Shown piece by piece: positions 22,543 to 31,944 of a stretch of 51,351 bases of DNA. Numbering within the stretch: position 1 is the first letter of the stretch; each line of letters begins with the position of its first letter. The notes beneath the pieces were generated by a model that made no database searches, was not told the origin of the DNA, and was given only the letters and a program-made list of their open reading frames with translations. The DNA lies in the NCBI GenBank assembly GCA_964404605.1, contig CAYOKT010000002.1, positions 30,241 through 81,591 of the forward strand, written 5' to 3'. A program made the position numbers and the translations under genes. Source of the stretch: an uncultured bacterium (lineage in GTDB: Bacteria > Electryoneota > Electryoneia > Electryoneales > Electryoneaceae).

Positions 22543-24593
22543 CGCGCCTCCTCCCCGCCGCCGGCGGGAGGCTCCGTCGCCCCGGATTCCGCCGCCAGTA
22601 CTTGTATTTCGGAGGCCGCTTCTTGTGTCAGCGCCACGCGGAGCCCGCCCACTTCCGGCCCGGACACGATCCGGCCCGTCGCGGGGTCCACGTAGCGGAA
22701 CACGATGCCCGGCGGGACGGTGAAGTCGCGGGGCGGCTCCCCCTCCGTCGCCCGGTTCATGAACTTCGCCCAGACCGGCAGCGCCCCGCCCGCGCCGGTC
22801 ACACCGCGCCCGTCGGGCAGGCGCATCGGGCGATTGTCGTCGTACCCGACCCACGCCGCGGCCGAGAGCCGGGGTGTTGCGCCGAGGAACCAGGAATCGC
22901 GGTAATCGTTCGTCGTGCCGGTCTTCCCGATCGCGGGCAGGTGGAACCCGTAGTTCCCGACCCCCGCGCCGGTCCCCTCCTCGATCACCCCTTTCATCAT
23001 GTCCACCAGCTGGTAGACGGTCTCGGCGTCGAAGGCGGGGCGGGGCGCGATCAGGGTCTCCTCGAGAACCCGCCCGCGGGCATCTTCGACACGGCGGATG
23101 AGGGTGGGACGGACCACTTCTCCCAGGTTGGCGAGGGAGGCGCCGATACCCGCCATCTCCACCGCGGAAACCGGTCCGGCGCCGAGGGCGAGGCTGTAGT
23201 TCGGCTGTAGGGGCGAGCTTACCCCCAGGCGGTGCAGGGTCTCGATCATCGATTCCGGGCCGACGCGGAGAATGAGGCGCGCGGCGACCGAGTTGATCGA
23301 CTTCTCCAGCGCCAGTTTCAGGACCACCGGGCCGCGGAAGAAGGGGTCGAAGTTCACCGGCTTCCAGTCCTTCGAGCCCTTGATCTGCACGACGATGGGG
23401 CTGTCGACGACCACCGTCGCCGGGGTATATCCCAACTTCTCGAACGCGGCCAGGTAGAGCGCGGGCTTCAGCGAGGAGCCCATGTTCCGCCGGTTCTGGG
23501 TCGCGCGGTTGAACTGGCTCGCCTGCCAGTCACGGCCGCCGATCAGCGCCTTGACCTCGCCGGTGGCCGCTTCGACGGCGACCAGCGCGGCCTGGGGGTA
23601 ATTACCGCGCTCGGCCGCCTCGACGCCGGCGTAGGGCGGGAGGCCGAACCGGCCGTCCAGGTCCGCCAGAGCGGAACGCACTGCTTCGATGGCATAGCCC
23701 TGAAGGGCGGGATCGAGGGTGGTGTAGATCTTCAGGCCCCCGTGGTAGAGGACGGTCTTGCCGTACTTCTCCTCGAGGTCCCGCAGCACCGCGTCGAGGA
23801 AGTAGCTCCCCTCGTCGGCGTCGCGGTACATCTGCCGGAAAACGAGTTCCTCCTCGATGGCGGCGCGGTGCTCTTCCGGGGTGATCCAGCCGAGCTTCAG
23901 CATCCGGTCGAGGATCCACCGCTGGCGGGCGAGGGCGCGTTCCGGGTGGCTGTACGGGTTGTACCGGCTAGGGCTCTGCGGCAGACCGGCGAGGAGGGCC
24001 GCCTGGGCGAGGGTCAGGTTGGAGGCGTGCTCCCCGAAATAGGTCTCCGCCGCCTCCTCGACACCGTAGGCGAAATTGCCGAAATAGATGCCGTTGCAGT
24101 AGGCGGCGAGGATCTCTTCCTTGCTGAACCGCCGCTCGATCTCGAAGGCGGCCAGGATTTCGCGGAACTTCCGGCTCCAGGTCTTGCGGAAGCTGAAGAA
24201 GAGGTTGCGGGCGAGCTGCATCGTAATGGTGCTGCCCCCGCGGCTCCGGCTCCCGAGCAGCGCGCCGAGGGTCGCGCGCGTCAGGGCGGGTTTGTCCACC
24301 CCGGAATGGTGGAAGAAGCGGTCGTCCTCGGCGGCGAGCACCGCCTTCCGGTACAGGGGCGAGATCCGCTCCAGCGGCACCGCGCGGCGCCCTCCCACCC
24401 GTGTCAGCAGGCTGCCGTCCGAGGCGTAAACCTCCGTCGGCGGCACGGCGATCAGGCGGTTCAGATCTCCCGGCACGCGGGGGATGCCCGGCACATCGAC
24501 CGTGACGAGAAGCACGGCGAGGATCATCCCCACGCCGACCAGGGCGACGAGGAGCCACCCCAGCGCCTCGATCCATTTCAGCAGCCGGCTCAC
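22539..24593 (-). CDS. mrcA: class A penicillin-binding protein (GT51 glycosyltransferase + transpeptidase), PBP1A family
   Basis: 684-aa ORF with an N-terminal anchor and GT51 motifs EDDRFFHHSGVD, GGSTITMQLARN and RKFREILAAFEIERRFSKEEILAAYCN. The transpeptidase half carries SLKP and KTGTTND motifs. Confidence 0.9.
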   Translation of the reverse strand: MSRLLKWIEALGWLLVALVGVGMILAVLLVTVDVPGIPRVPGDLNRLIAVPPTEVYASDGSLLTRVGGRRAVPLERISPLYRKAVLAAEDDRFFHHSGVDKPALTRATLGALLGSRSRGGSTITMQLARNLFFSFRKTWSRKFREILAAFEIERRFSKEEILAAYCNGIYFGNFAYGVEEAAETYFGEHASNLTLAQAALLAGLPQSPSRYNPYSHPERALARQRWILDRMLKLGWITPEEHRAAIEEELVFRQMYRDADEGSYFLDAVLRDLEEKYGKTVLYHGGLKIYTTLDPALQGYAIEAVRSALADLDGRFGLPPYAGVEAAERGNYPQAALVAVEAATGEVKALIGGRDWQASQFNRATQNRRNMGSSLKPALYLAAFEKLGYTPATVVVDSPIVVQIKGSKDWKPVNFDPFFRGPVVLKLALEKSINSVAARLILRVGPESMIETLHRLGVSSPLQPNYSLALGAGPVSAVEMAGIGASLANLGEVVRPTLIRRVEDARGRVLEETLIAPRPAFDAETVYQLVDMMKGVIEEGTGAGVGNYGFHLPAIGKTGTTNDYRDSWFLGATPRLSAAAWVGYDDNRPMRLPDGRGVTGAGGALPVWAKFMNRATEGEPPRDFTVPPGIVFRYVDPATGRIVSGPEVGGLRVALTQEAASEIQVLAAESGATEPPAGGGEEAR

Positions 24594-25495
24594 CAGTGGT
24601 CTCCCCCGAGGGCTCGATCCATCATCTCCTGGAAGAGAGCCTGGGCCTCGTCATTCTCGATCCAGGTGCGCCAGACCTCCAGCTTGCCGCCGGTGGCAGT
24701 CTCGAACGCGATCTCCCGGAGGTTCCCTTCCGGGCGGGCCGCGACGGCGACCCGCCGGAGCTGCCCCTTCAAGGAGGCGATCCAGCGCGGATCGAGGCTG
24801 AAGAGTTCGACCGGTCCCGCGGGCGCGATGGACTGGAAGAACTGCTCGGCGGGAAAGCTTCGCCCGAGGAACTGCTCGAGGGAATCCAAGTTGGCCGCCA
24901 GGGGCGATTTCTGCTCCGTCCAACGGCGGAAAAATCCCTCGCCGAGGCGGGCCTGGGCGAGGACCACGTTGTGCGGGTCCACGAGGTACACCCGCGCCTT
25001 CTTTTCGCTCTCCTCGACGAAGAACACCCTCTGCCAGCGTCCCCCGGTGCGAACGCGGAGCACCTCCAGCGGCGGAATCAACTCCCGCTGCATCGCGGGC
25101 GAAAGCATGGTGTAGAGGGTGAGGAAACGCGCGGGCGAGACGGAGAACTGGTGGAAGCGCGCGAGCAGCTCCGGCACCTTGCTCCAGTCGGCGAGGGTGG
25201 CCACCTCCACCCGGCGCTGTTCGCTCTTCTCCACGATCCGGCCGAGCCTGCGCCCGGCCTCCGCCCCTTCGCGGTTCAGCTCCCAGCCGCGGCCCGCCTC
25301 CGGGCGCACGGGTTGGGACCAGACCATCAGGCGGCCGAGCGCCGTCTCCAACGGCGAAGCGACCCATTCCACCCCGGCGAGCAGGCCGAGAGCGAAGAGG
25401 ATCGCCCAGGGACGCCACCATCCGGCGGCGCCGGGCCGCGCGAGACGGCGGGCTGCGGCGCGGACCCGTGCTTCGTTCACTCCTCCGGCGGCCAT
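24590..25495 (-). CDS. hypothetical membrane-anchored protein (no recognisable domain)
   Basis: 301-aa ORF with one N-terminal TM (WAILFALGLLAGVEWV). Its stop overlaps the PBP1A start by 4 nt, and its start overlaps the upstream GT2 gene by 19 nt. Codon usage resembles its neighbours by eye. Confidence 0.5.
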   Translation of the reverse strand: MAAGGVNEARVRAAARRLARPGAAGWWRPWAILFALGLLAGVEWVASPLETALGRLMVWSQPVRPEAGRGWELNREGAEAGRRLGRIVEKSEQRRVEVATLADWSKVPELLARFHQFSVSPARFLTLYTMLSPAMQRELIPPLEVLRVRTGGRWQRVFFVEESEKKARVYLVDPHNVVLAQARLGEGFFRRWTEQKSPLAANLDSLEQFLGRSFPAEQFFQSIAPAGPVELFSLDPRWIASLKGQLRRVAVAARPEGNLREIAFETATGGKLEVWRTWIENDEAQALFQEMMDRALGGDHW

Positions 25496-26385
25496 GGCAC
25501 CCGTTCCCCCGGTTCCCGGCGGCGCGCCTCGCGGAACGCCGCGGCCGCTTCATGTTCGCCCTTCGCCCGGAGCATGACCCAGTAGGCGAAATCCGCCGCC
25601 GGGCCGAGGACGACCTGCACCGGTCTCCACCAGCGGGGTGTCCAGCGCCGGAAGAAGAGCCGCCCGGCGAGGGTGCGGTAAGTCATCTTGAACCCGCTGC
25701 GCCCGCCGCCGGAACTCTGGCTGAGGCGGTGGACGAGGAACGCGTGCGGCACCACTTCGAGACGGAATCCCTTCCTCCGCGCGCGTACGGACCAGTCGAT
25801 GTCCTCGGCGTACATCCCGTAAGCGTCGTCCAGCGGCCCCACCCGCCGCCAGGCTTCCGCCCCCGCCAGCCAGCAGCAGCCCGTGAGCCCTGCCGTCCGT
25901 CCGCCGAACAGGCCGGCGAGCTTCCGGTCGCGCCCCTGCCCGCGATGGGTGATCCAGCCCAGCGGCCACCAGATCCGCGAACCGGCGTACCAGATCCTGT
26001 CGGGAGGTTCCTCGTAGAGAATCACCGGGCTCACGGCGCCCACGCCCCGGCCCGACCCGGCCCGCAGACGGCGGAAGAGTTGGTCGGTCATCCCCGTCTC
26101 GACCCGTACATCGGGGTTGACCAGGCCGACCGCGGCGAACCCCGCCTTCAACGCCCAGCGCACACCGCGGTTGCACGCCGCCGCGAACGGGCGGTTCTCC
26201 GGGTGGGAGAGCAGGATGACACGGTTCCTCCCGGCCGCCACCCGTTCGCCCGAACCATCCCCGCTGCCGTTGTCCACGAGGATCAGGCGATCCTCCTCCC
26301 CGAGATCGGCGAGGAGCGAACGCGCGGAAGCGAGGACCTCCTCGCCGCCGTCGTGGTTGACCATCACGAAGGCGATCCGGTTCAC
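25477..26385 (-). CDS. family 2 glycosyltransferase
   Basis: 302-aa ORF. N-terminal IAFVMVNHDGGEEV...LILVDNGSGDGS, with a DxD-like EDID further on. Confidence 0.8.
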   Translation of the reverse strand: MNRIAFVMVNHDGGEEVLASARSLLADLGEEDRLILVDNGSGDGSGERVAAGRNRVILLSHPENRPFAAACNRGVRWALKAGFAAVGLVNPDVRVETGMTDQLFRRLRAGSGRGVGAVSPVILYEEPPDRIWYAGSRIWWPLGWITHRGQGRDRKLAGLFGGRTAGLTGCCWLAGAEAWRRVGPLDDAYGMYAEDIDWSVRARRKGFRLEVVPHAFLVHRLSQSSGGGRSGFKMTYRTLAGRLFFRRWTPRWWRPVQVVLGPAADFAYWVMLRAKGEHEAAAAFREARRREPGERVPWPPEE

Positions 26386-26415
26386 AGCATCACCCCCGAC
26401 TCCCTCGGCTTTGCT

Positions 26416-27543
26416 TCATGCGAAATCGCCCGTGACCCGTTCCGCCACGGCCCGCCAACTGTACTTTTCCCGCGCCTCGCGGGCGAGGGCCTCCCTGTCC
26501 AACCGCGCGGCGGCCCGGTGCGGATCGTAGAATCGCTCCAGCGCCCGGGTGAGGGAATCGACATCTCCCGGCCGGGCGAGCTCGCCGTACCTGCCCGGCT
26601 CGATCACCTCGGGCAACGAACCCACTTTCGTCGCGATGACCGGCGTTCCGCAGGCGAGCGCCGCCATCGCCACACCGCTCTGCGTCCCGTGACGATAGGG
26701 CAGGACGACGGCATCGGCGGCCCGCAGCCGCACCGCCATCTCCTCGTCGCTCAGGTAGCGGTTCACCAGCCGCACCCGGTCGCCCAGGTGGAGACGCTCC
26801 ACCTGTTCCCGGTACCGGGCCTCGTCGTCGTAGAATTCCCCGGCCACATCGAGGCGGATCTCCCTGCGTCCGAACCGCGCGAAGGCCTCCAGCAGGATGT
26901 CTACTCCCTTGTAGCGCCGCACCAGCCCGAGATGAACAAGAAGAGGCGTCGAAGGGCCATAGTCAAGGCGTTCTCTTGCCTCCGCCGGATCGAGAGACTC
27001 GCAGACTTCGCAGAAACGATCGTACACCGGGTGATGGGCGACATGCCAGCGGCGGCCCGGAAGCAATTGTTCGAACAGCTCTCCCTCCCGCCGCGATCCG
27101 ACGAGGACCAGGTCCGCCTCGCGAAACAACCTCGGGTTGAGGAGCGCCCCGAGGCGGCGGTGTTCATGGGGCAGGATATTGTGAGCGATGACCACCACGC
27201 CCCGCGGCGGCTTCATCCTCGCGAGGCTGCGCAACACCGGGACGAAGAAGGGGTGCCAGTGGTGGAGAACGATCCGGTCGATCCGCCGCGCGGCGAGCGA
27301 GCGCCGCGCACGCCGCCAGGTTCGCGGATCCCAGGCGAGAAGGATGTCCTCGCCGCCTGGGAACGGGACGGAATCGGGGTCCTTCTCCGAGGTTCCGGGA
27401 AAGAGCAGGGGCGGGTAGAGCCGGCGGAACCCGACCGGGTGGACCGTGTGGCCGAGTTCCCGCAGGGCGTGGACCAGGGAGGCGTTGTAGTGGGCGATGC
27501 CCCCCCGGAGCGGCGGCAGGGGACCGGCGAGGCCGAGATTCAT
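26416..27543 (-). CDS. GT-B glycosyltransferase (family 4/1-like)
   Basis: 375-aa protein from ATG 27543, in ATGA overlap with the upstream gene. N-terminal GGIAHYNASLVHAL, and C-terminal PYRHGTQSGVAMAALACGTPVIATKVGSLPEVIE (E-x7-E-type motif). The 504-aa tracked ORF start lies inside the upstream gene. Confidence 0.8.
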   Translation of the reverse strand: MNLGLAGPLPPLRGGIAHYNASLVHALRELGHTVHPVGFRRLYPPLLFPGTSEKDPDSVPFPGGEDILLAWDPRTWRRARRSLAARRIDRIVLHHWHPFFVPVLRSLARMKPPRGVVVIAHNILPHEHRRLGALLNPRLFREADLVLVGSRREGELFEQLLPGRRWHVAHHPVYDRFCEVCESLDPAEARERLDYGPSTPLLVHLGLVRRYKGVDILLEAFARFGRREIRLDVAGEFYDDEARYREQVERLHLGDRVRLVNRYLSDEEMAVRLRAADAVVLPYRHGTQSGVAMAALACGTPVIATKVGSLPEVIEPGRYGELARPGDVDSLTRALERFYDPHRAAARLDREALAREAREKYSWRAVAERVTGDFA

Positions 27544-28535
27544 CGTCCTCCGCCCCGCTCCACGTCCTCCTTCTCCCCATCGACCGGCGGCCCGAGCATC
27601 CGCGTGTGGTTGATCAACTCCCCGATCAGGCCGACGCCGAAGAATTGCAGCCCGACGAGCATCAGCAGGATCCCGAGGAAGAAGAGCGGACGGTTCCCGA
27701 TGGGAACACCCATGTACCACTGCACGGACAGGTAGAGCAGGATGGCGAAACCGGCCAGCGTCGAGAGGATGCCGAAACTGCCGAAGAGGTGCATCGGCCG
27801 GGTGTTGAACCGGGTCAGGAAAACCACCGAGAGCAGGTCGAGGAAGCCGTAGAGCAGCCGCCATGCCCCGAACTTCGTCTTCCCCCAGCGCCGCGGGTGA
27901 TGCTGCACCACCATCTCGCCGACCCGCCACCCCTGCGCGGCGACGAGGATCGGGATGAAACGGTGCAGCTCGCCGTACACCCGGATCGTCGGCAGCACCT
28001 CCCGCCGGTACGCCTTCAACCCGCAGTTGATGTCGTGCAGCTTCACCCCGCTGACCTTCCGGGCGACGAGGTTGAACAGGCGCGAAGGGAGGGTCTTCGT
28101 CAGCGGATCATGCCGCTTCCGCTTCCACCCGCTGACGAGATCGTATCCCTCCTCGAGTCGGGCGATGAGGTTCGGGATCTCGGCGGGGTCATCCTGCAGG
28201 TCCGCATCCATGGTGATGACAACCTCGCCGCGTGCGAGCCGGAACCCCGTGTCCAGCGCGGGGGATTTCCCCCGGTTCCGCCGGAAATGCACCACCCGGA
28301 CCCGTGGATCCTCCGCGGCGAAACGATCGAGGAGGGCCGGGCTCTCGTCGAAGCTGCCGTCATCGATGAACAGGATTTCGGCTTCGAGCGACTCCCGGTC
28401 GAGCACCTCGTCGAGGGCCTCCTTCAGATGGGGAAGCGCCTCGGCCTCGTTGTACAAGGGAATGACGATGCTCAGCCGGGGCGACCCCCGCCCTGCTTCC
28501 CGTCCAGCTTGAATCGGAAGGGATTCTCCACCCAT
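27540..28535 (-). CDS. polyprenyl-phosphate glycosyltransferase (GtrB/ArnC/DPM1-like GT2 with two C-terminal TM helices)
   Basis: Protein of about 331 aa with LSIVIPLYNEAEAL, ILFIDDGSFDES, VITMDADLQDDP and SGWKRKRHDP blocks plus two C-terminal TM helices. The start is uncertain. ATG 28535 overlaps the upstream gene by 64 nt. Confidence 0.8.
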   Translation of the reverse strand: MGGESLPIQAGREAGRGSPRLSIVIPLYNEAEALPHLKEALDEVLDRESLEAEILFIDDGSFDESPALLDRFAAEDPRVRVVHFRRNRGKSPALDTGFRLARGEVVITMDADLQDDPAEIPNLIARLEEGYDLVSGWKRKRHDPLTKTLPSRLFNLVARKVSGVKLHDINCGLKAYRREVLPTIRVYGELHRFIPILVAAQGWRVGEMVVQHHPRRWGKTKFGAWRLLYGFLDLLSVVFLTRFNTRPMHLFGSFGILSTLAGFAILLYLSVQWYMGVPIGNRPLFFLGILLMLVGLQFFGVGLIGELINHTRMLGPPVDGEKEDVERGGGR

Positions 28536-29263
28536 CTTGGATTCACCCTGTAATCGTCCAGGCGGACCACAACCTCGAACGGCGTCCTGCCGGGCACCAT
28601 GAGGCGCATCTCGTGGGGAATGTACAACCCCGAGCTGCGGGAAAACCCGGCGAAGTGCTTTTCCAGGATCATCGCGCCGTTCTCCCCGAACCACCTCTGG
28701 CGGAGGGAGACCGGGCGGCGCGGATCGAGAAGCAGGTCCATTCCCCCACCCGGGGTCATCAGCTCCCAGAACCAGAGAGAATCCTCCCCCTGCACGGCGA
28801 AATCGACCGTCCTCGCATCCTCCGGAATGTAGGCAATCGGGGCGAACAGCAGCATCAAGTCGTCGACGGGAAACGGGATTCCCGTGATCCGCTCGAGATC
28901 GAGAGAATCGAGCCTTCCCCGGACCACCCCGCCCCGCCCCGCATCCACTTCGTAGCGTCCCCCCTCGACGACGAGGCGCCCCGCCTTCATCCCGAAGGGG
29001 CCTCGGAAGGTGGCCGCGAGGGCATCCGGCGGGCGCAGCCGGTAGCGGCCGGCGAGGGTTCCGCGCACCAGGCCGGCATCGAAGCTGATCGTGCAGGTCG
29101 CCTGGAAACGCTGGAGACGGCCGGCCGTTTCGCGCACGATCCTCCGGGCGGCGTCCGGCGAGGGAGGGGGCGGCGCGGCGCGGCGGCCGGGCAGCGCGCA
29201 CCCGGCGGACAGCAGCGCGGCAAGAAACACCAGCCGGTTCAGCGGTTTCCCGACCACTCTCAT
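28472..29263 (-). CDS. outer-membrane lipoprotein, LolB/DUF4292-like (tentative)
   Basis: 263-aa protein from ATG 29263 with a lipobox LLSAGC. The beta-rich body has the size and position (downstream of a TPR lipoprotein) of LolB-fold DUF4292 proteins. The family assignment comes from my recollection of that gene pairing, not from a motif match. Confidence 0.45.
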   Translation of the reverse strand: MRVVGKPLNRLVFLAALLSAGCALPGRRAAPPPPSPDAARRIVRETAGRLQRFQATCTISFDAGLVRGTLAGRYRLRPPDALAATFRGPFGMKAGRLVVEGGRYEVDAGRGGVVRGRLDSLDLERITGIPFPVDDLMLLFAPIAYIPEDARTVDFAVQGEDSLWFWELMTPGGGMDLLLDPRRPVSLRQRWFGENGAMILEKHFAGFSRSSGLYIPHEMRLMVPGRTPFEVVVRLDDYRVNPRWVENPFRFKLDGKQGGGRPG

Positions 29264-29279
29264 CCGCCGGCGCCTTCCC

Positions 29280-30710
29280 TCATCGGTCCAGTTTCGGCAG
29301 GATGCTCTCCTCGTCCCCGCCCTGCTCGAGGGCGCGGGTCCACATCGTCCTCGCCCGCTCCTCCTCGCCGAGGGCGCGGTACAGATCGCCGAGGTGATCG
29401 AGGAGCACCGGGTTGCCCGGTTCCAGCAGCGCCGCCTTCTCCAGCGGTTCACGGGCTTCAGGGTAGCGATGGAGCAGGTAGAGCAGCCAGCCCCGCGTGT
29501 CGAGATACGAGGCGTTCTCCGGCTCCGCCTCCAGCGCCCCCTCCGAGTACTCCAGCGCTTCCTCGTAGCGCTCCGTCCAGCCCGCCTCGGCGATCATGTA
29601 GGCGAAGTTGTTCAGCACCTGGGGGTCATCGGGATCGATCTCCATCGCCCGCCGGTAGACCCGTTCGGCTTCCTCCCACCGGTGCAACTCGTGATAGAGA
29701 TAGCCGAGATTGATCAGCGGCTCCGCGGTCGAGGTATCCCGGTCCGCGGCCTGGAGGAGAACCCTCTCGGCCTGGGGATAGAGCTTGTACTGCATGTACA
29801 GGGCGCCGGCGAGGGAGAGCAGCGAGGAGTCGTCGCCGGCCCTGTCGAGGGCCAGGTTGATGAGGTCCAGCGCCTTCACCGTGTCCGCTTGGAGCGCCGC
29901 GAGACGGATGCGCAGGGCCCATACGCGGGTGTCACCCGGCTGCAACATGAGCGAGGCGGCGAAGGCGGAATCCGCCCTCGTGGAATCCCCCATGTCGAGA
30001 TACAGGGTGCCGATGGTAAAGGGCAGGCGCGGGTCGTCCGGGCGAAGGCGGACCATCTTCTTGTAGGCTTCGATCGCCCGCTCGTCCTCGCCGGAGAGGC
30101 TCAGGAGGGTCGCCTGGCGGACGAGAATGTCCAGGTCCGGCCCGCTCAAGGCGAGTATCCTGTCGTAGCAGTCCACCGCCTTCATCTGCTCGCCGGTGCG
30201 GACGTACAGGCTGGCGAGGTTGAACCAGCCGTCCCGGTCGTCCGGGTACAGGTCGGTCAGTCTCTTGAAGGTCTTCAGCGCCTCCTCGTACTCCTCGAGG
30301 TCGAACTGCAACTCGCCGATGTGGCGCAGCATCTCCCGGTTCGGCCCGGTGTAGGGCAGCCCGCGCTGGAGGATGCGCTTCGCGCTCTCGAGTTCGCCCA
30401 TCCGCTGGTAATTCTCCGCGATGCTGCGGTACAGGCTGGTGCTGGTGCTGTCGTAGAGAAGCGCCTGGTTGTACTCGTTGATCGCCCGGACATAGTCGCC
30501 CTGGGTCTCATAGACCGAGGCGAGAATGACATGGTCGATGGCCTTGGCGGAGTATTTCCGCTGCAGGTTCCTCTGCTCCGTGGCGGGCGGCTTCTCCGCC
30601 GCGCCGGGAGGGGGAAGCGCCGTGCGCACCGCCGCGCAGCCCGCGAGCAGCAAACCCGCCGCGAGGAGCGGCAGGAGAGGTTTAACGTACGAGGAAACGG
30701 AAGATGTCAT
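29280..30710 (-). CDS. tetratricopeptide-repeat lipoprotein
   Basis: 476-aa ORF with signal peptide and lipobox LLLAGC. TPR-type A/Y/L periodicity runs throughout (e.g. AINEYNQALLYDS, AIEAYKKMVRLRPDD, AERVYRRAMEIDPDD). Confidence 0.75.
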   Translation of the reverse strand: MTSSVSSYVKPLLPLLAAGLLLAGCAAVRTALPPPGAAEKPPATEQRNLQRKYSAKAIDHVILASVYETQGDYVRAINEYNQALLYDSTSTSLYRSIAENYQRMGELESAKRILQRGLPYTGPNREMLRHIGELQFDLEEYEEALKTFKRLTDLYPDDRDGWFNLASLYVRTGEQMKAVDCYDRILALSGPDLDILVRQATLLSLSGEDERAIEAYKKMVRLRPDDPRLPFTIGTLYLDMGDSTRADSAFAASLMLQPGDTRVWALRIRLAALQADTVKALDLINLALDRAGDDSSLLSLAGALYMQYKLYPQAERVLLQAADRDTSTAEPLINLGYLYHELHRWEEAERVYRRAMEIDPDDPQVLNNFAYMIAEAGWTERYEEALEYSEGALEAEPENASYLDTRGWLLYLLHRYPEAREPLEKAALLEPGNPVLLDHLGDLYRALGEEERARTMWTRALEQGGDEESILPKLDR

Positions 30711-31755
30711 GATAGGTGACCACGACGACCAATAGAAGCAGCAGGGCCATCCCGACCTGCTGCAGGACCAGTTTCACCCGGGCCGGAATCGGCTTGCGGA
30801 TCATCGCTTCGATCAGGATGTAGACAAGATACCCGCCATCCAGCACCGGGAAGGGAAGGATGTTGAGGAAGCCGATGCTGACGCTGATCAGGCCGATGAA
30901 CCCGAGGAAGCTCACCCACCCCTGCCGCGCCGTCTCCCCGGAGAGGGCGAGAATCCCCACCGGGCCTGTCAGCTCCTTGATCGAGGCGCGCCCCGTGATC
31001 AGCATCGCCAGCGACTGGGCGCTGAGTTTCAGGTACATGTAAGTCAGCGCCCCTCCGCGCTCCACGGCGCGGAACAGGCCCGCCGGGATCATCTCGACCT
31101 TGGGACCCACGCCGATCATCCCGACCTCGCGGGAAGCCCCTTCGAAAAAGATCTTCTCCGTTCGCGTCGGGATCAGGGCGCTGAGGGTGTCCGCCCCGCG
31201 CCGCCAACGCACCAGCAGGGTGTCGCCGGGGCGGGAGTGCACCGCTTCGGTCAGGTCTTCCCAGTTGCCGATGCGGGTCTCATCGATCGCGATGATGCGA
31301 TCGCCCGGCAGCAGCCCCGCCCGCCCGGCCGGATACTCCTCCGCCACGCTGCCGATGGTCGCCGTCTCGACCAGCTTCGGCTCGCCCTCGATCAGGGTGA
31401 TCCCGGAGTAGATCAGGAACCCGAGCAGGAGGTTCATCATCACCCCGGCGGTGATGATGAACGCCTTCGCCGGGGTGCTCTTCGACATGAACTCATCCGG
31501 GGCGCCGGTGATGGACTCTTCCCCCTCGAGGGATTCATCGACCATCCCGGCGATCTTCACATAGCCGCCAAGCGGTATCCACCCGATGCGGTATTCGGTT
31601 TCGCCACGCTTGATCCCGGCGAGTTTCGGCGGGAAACCGAGGGAGAATACCTCCACCCTCGCGCCGGCGGCCTTGGCGGCGAGAAAATGCCCCAGCTCGT
31701 GGACGAAAACCACGACTCCGAGCACGATGATAAAGCTGATCAGGGTAACGATCAT
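30682..31755 (-). CDS. rseP: RIP (site-2) zinc metalloprotease RseP
   Basis: 357-aa protein from ATG 31755, with a GAGGAA RBS upstream. It has HELGHFLAAK (HExxH) in TM1, a PDZ region, and NILPFPVLDGG (the LDG motif). Confidence 0.85.
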   Translation of the reverse strand: MIVTLISFIIVLGVVVFVHELGHFLAAKAAGARVEVFSLGFPPKLAGIKRGETEYRIGWIPLGGYVKIAGMVDESLEGEESITGAPDEFMSKSTPAKAFIITAGVMMNLLLGFLIYSGITLIEGEPKLVETATIGSVAEEYPAGRAGLLPGDRIIAIDETRIGNWEDLTEAVHSRPGDTLLVRWRRGADTLSALIPTRTEKIFFEGASREVGMIGVGPKVEMIPAGLFRAVERGGALTYMYLKLSAQSLAMLITGRASIKELTGPVGILALSGETARQGWVSFLGFIGLISVSIGFLNILPFPVLDGGYLVYILIEAMIRKPIPARVKLVLQQVGMALLLLLVVVVTYHDIFRFLVR

Positions 31756-31944
31756 CCGTATTCCTCGAGGAGACCGGCAACAGGAACCTTCGGCGCCGAT
31801 GCACCACCTTGTCAAGGCGGTTCGCCGCTCCCGGGGAGCCCGCTGCAGACAGTGACGGCCGGGTGTGCCCGGCGTAGCACGCCCGACCGTACACGTTGGT
31901 TCCAAATGCACCGGCGCGGCGGCCGCCGGCGGACCGACTTATCT

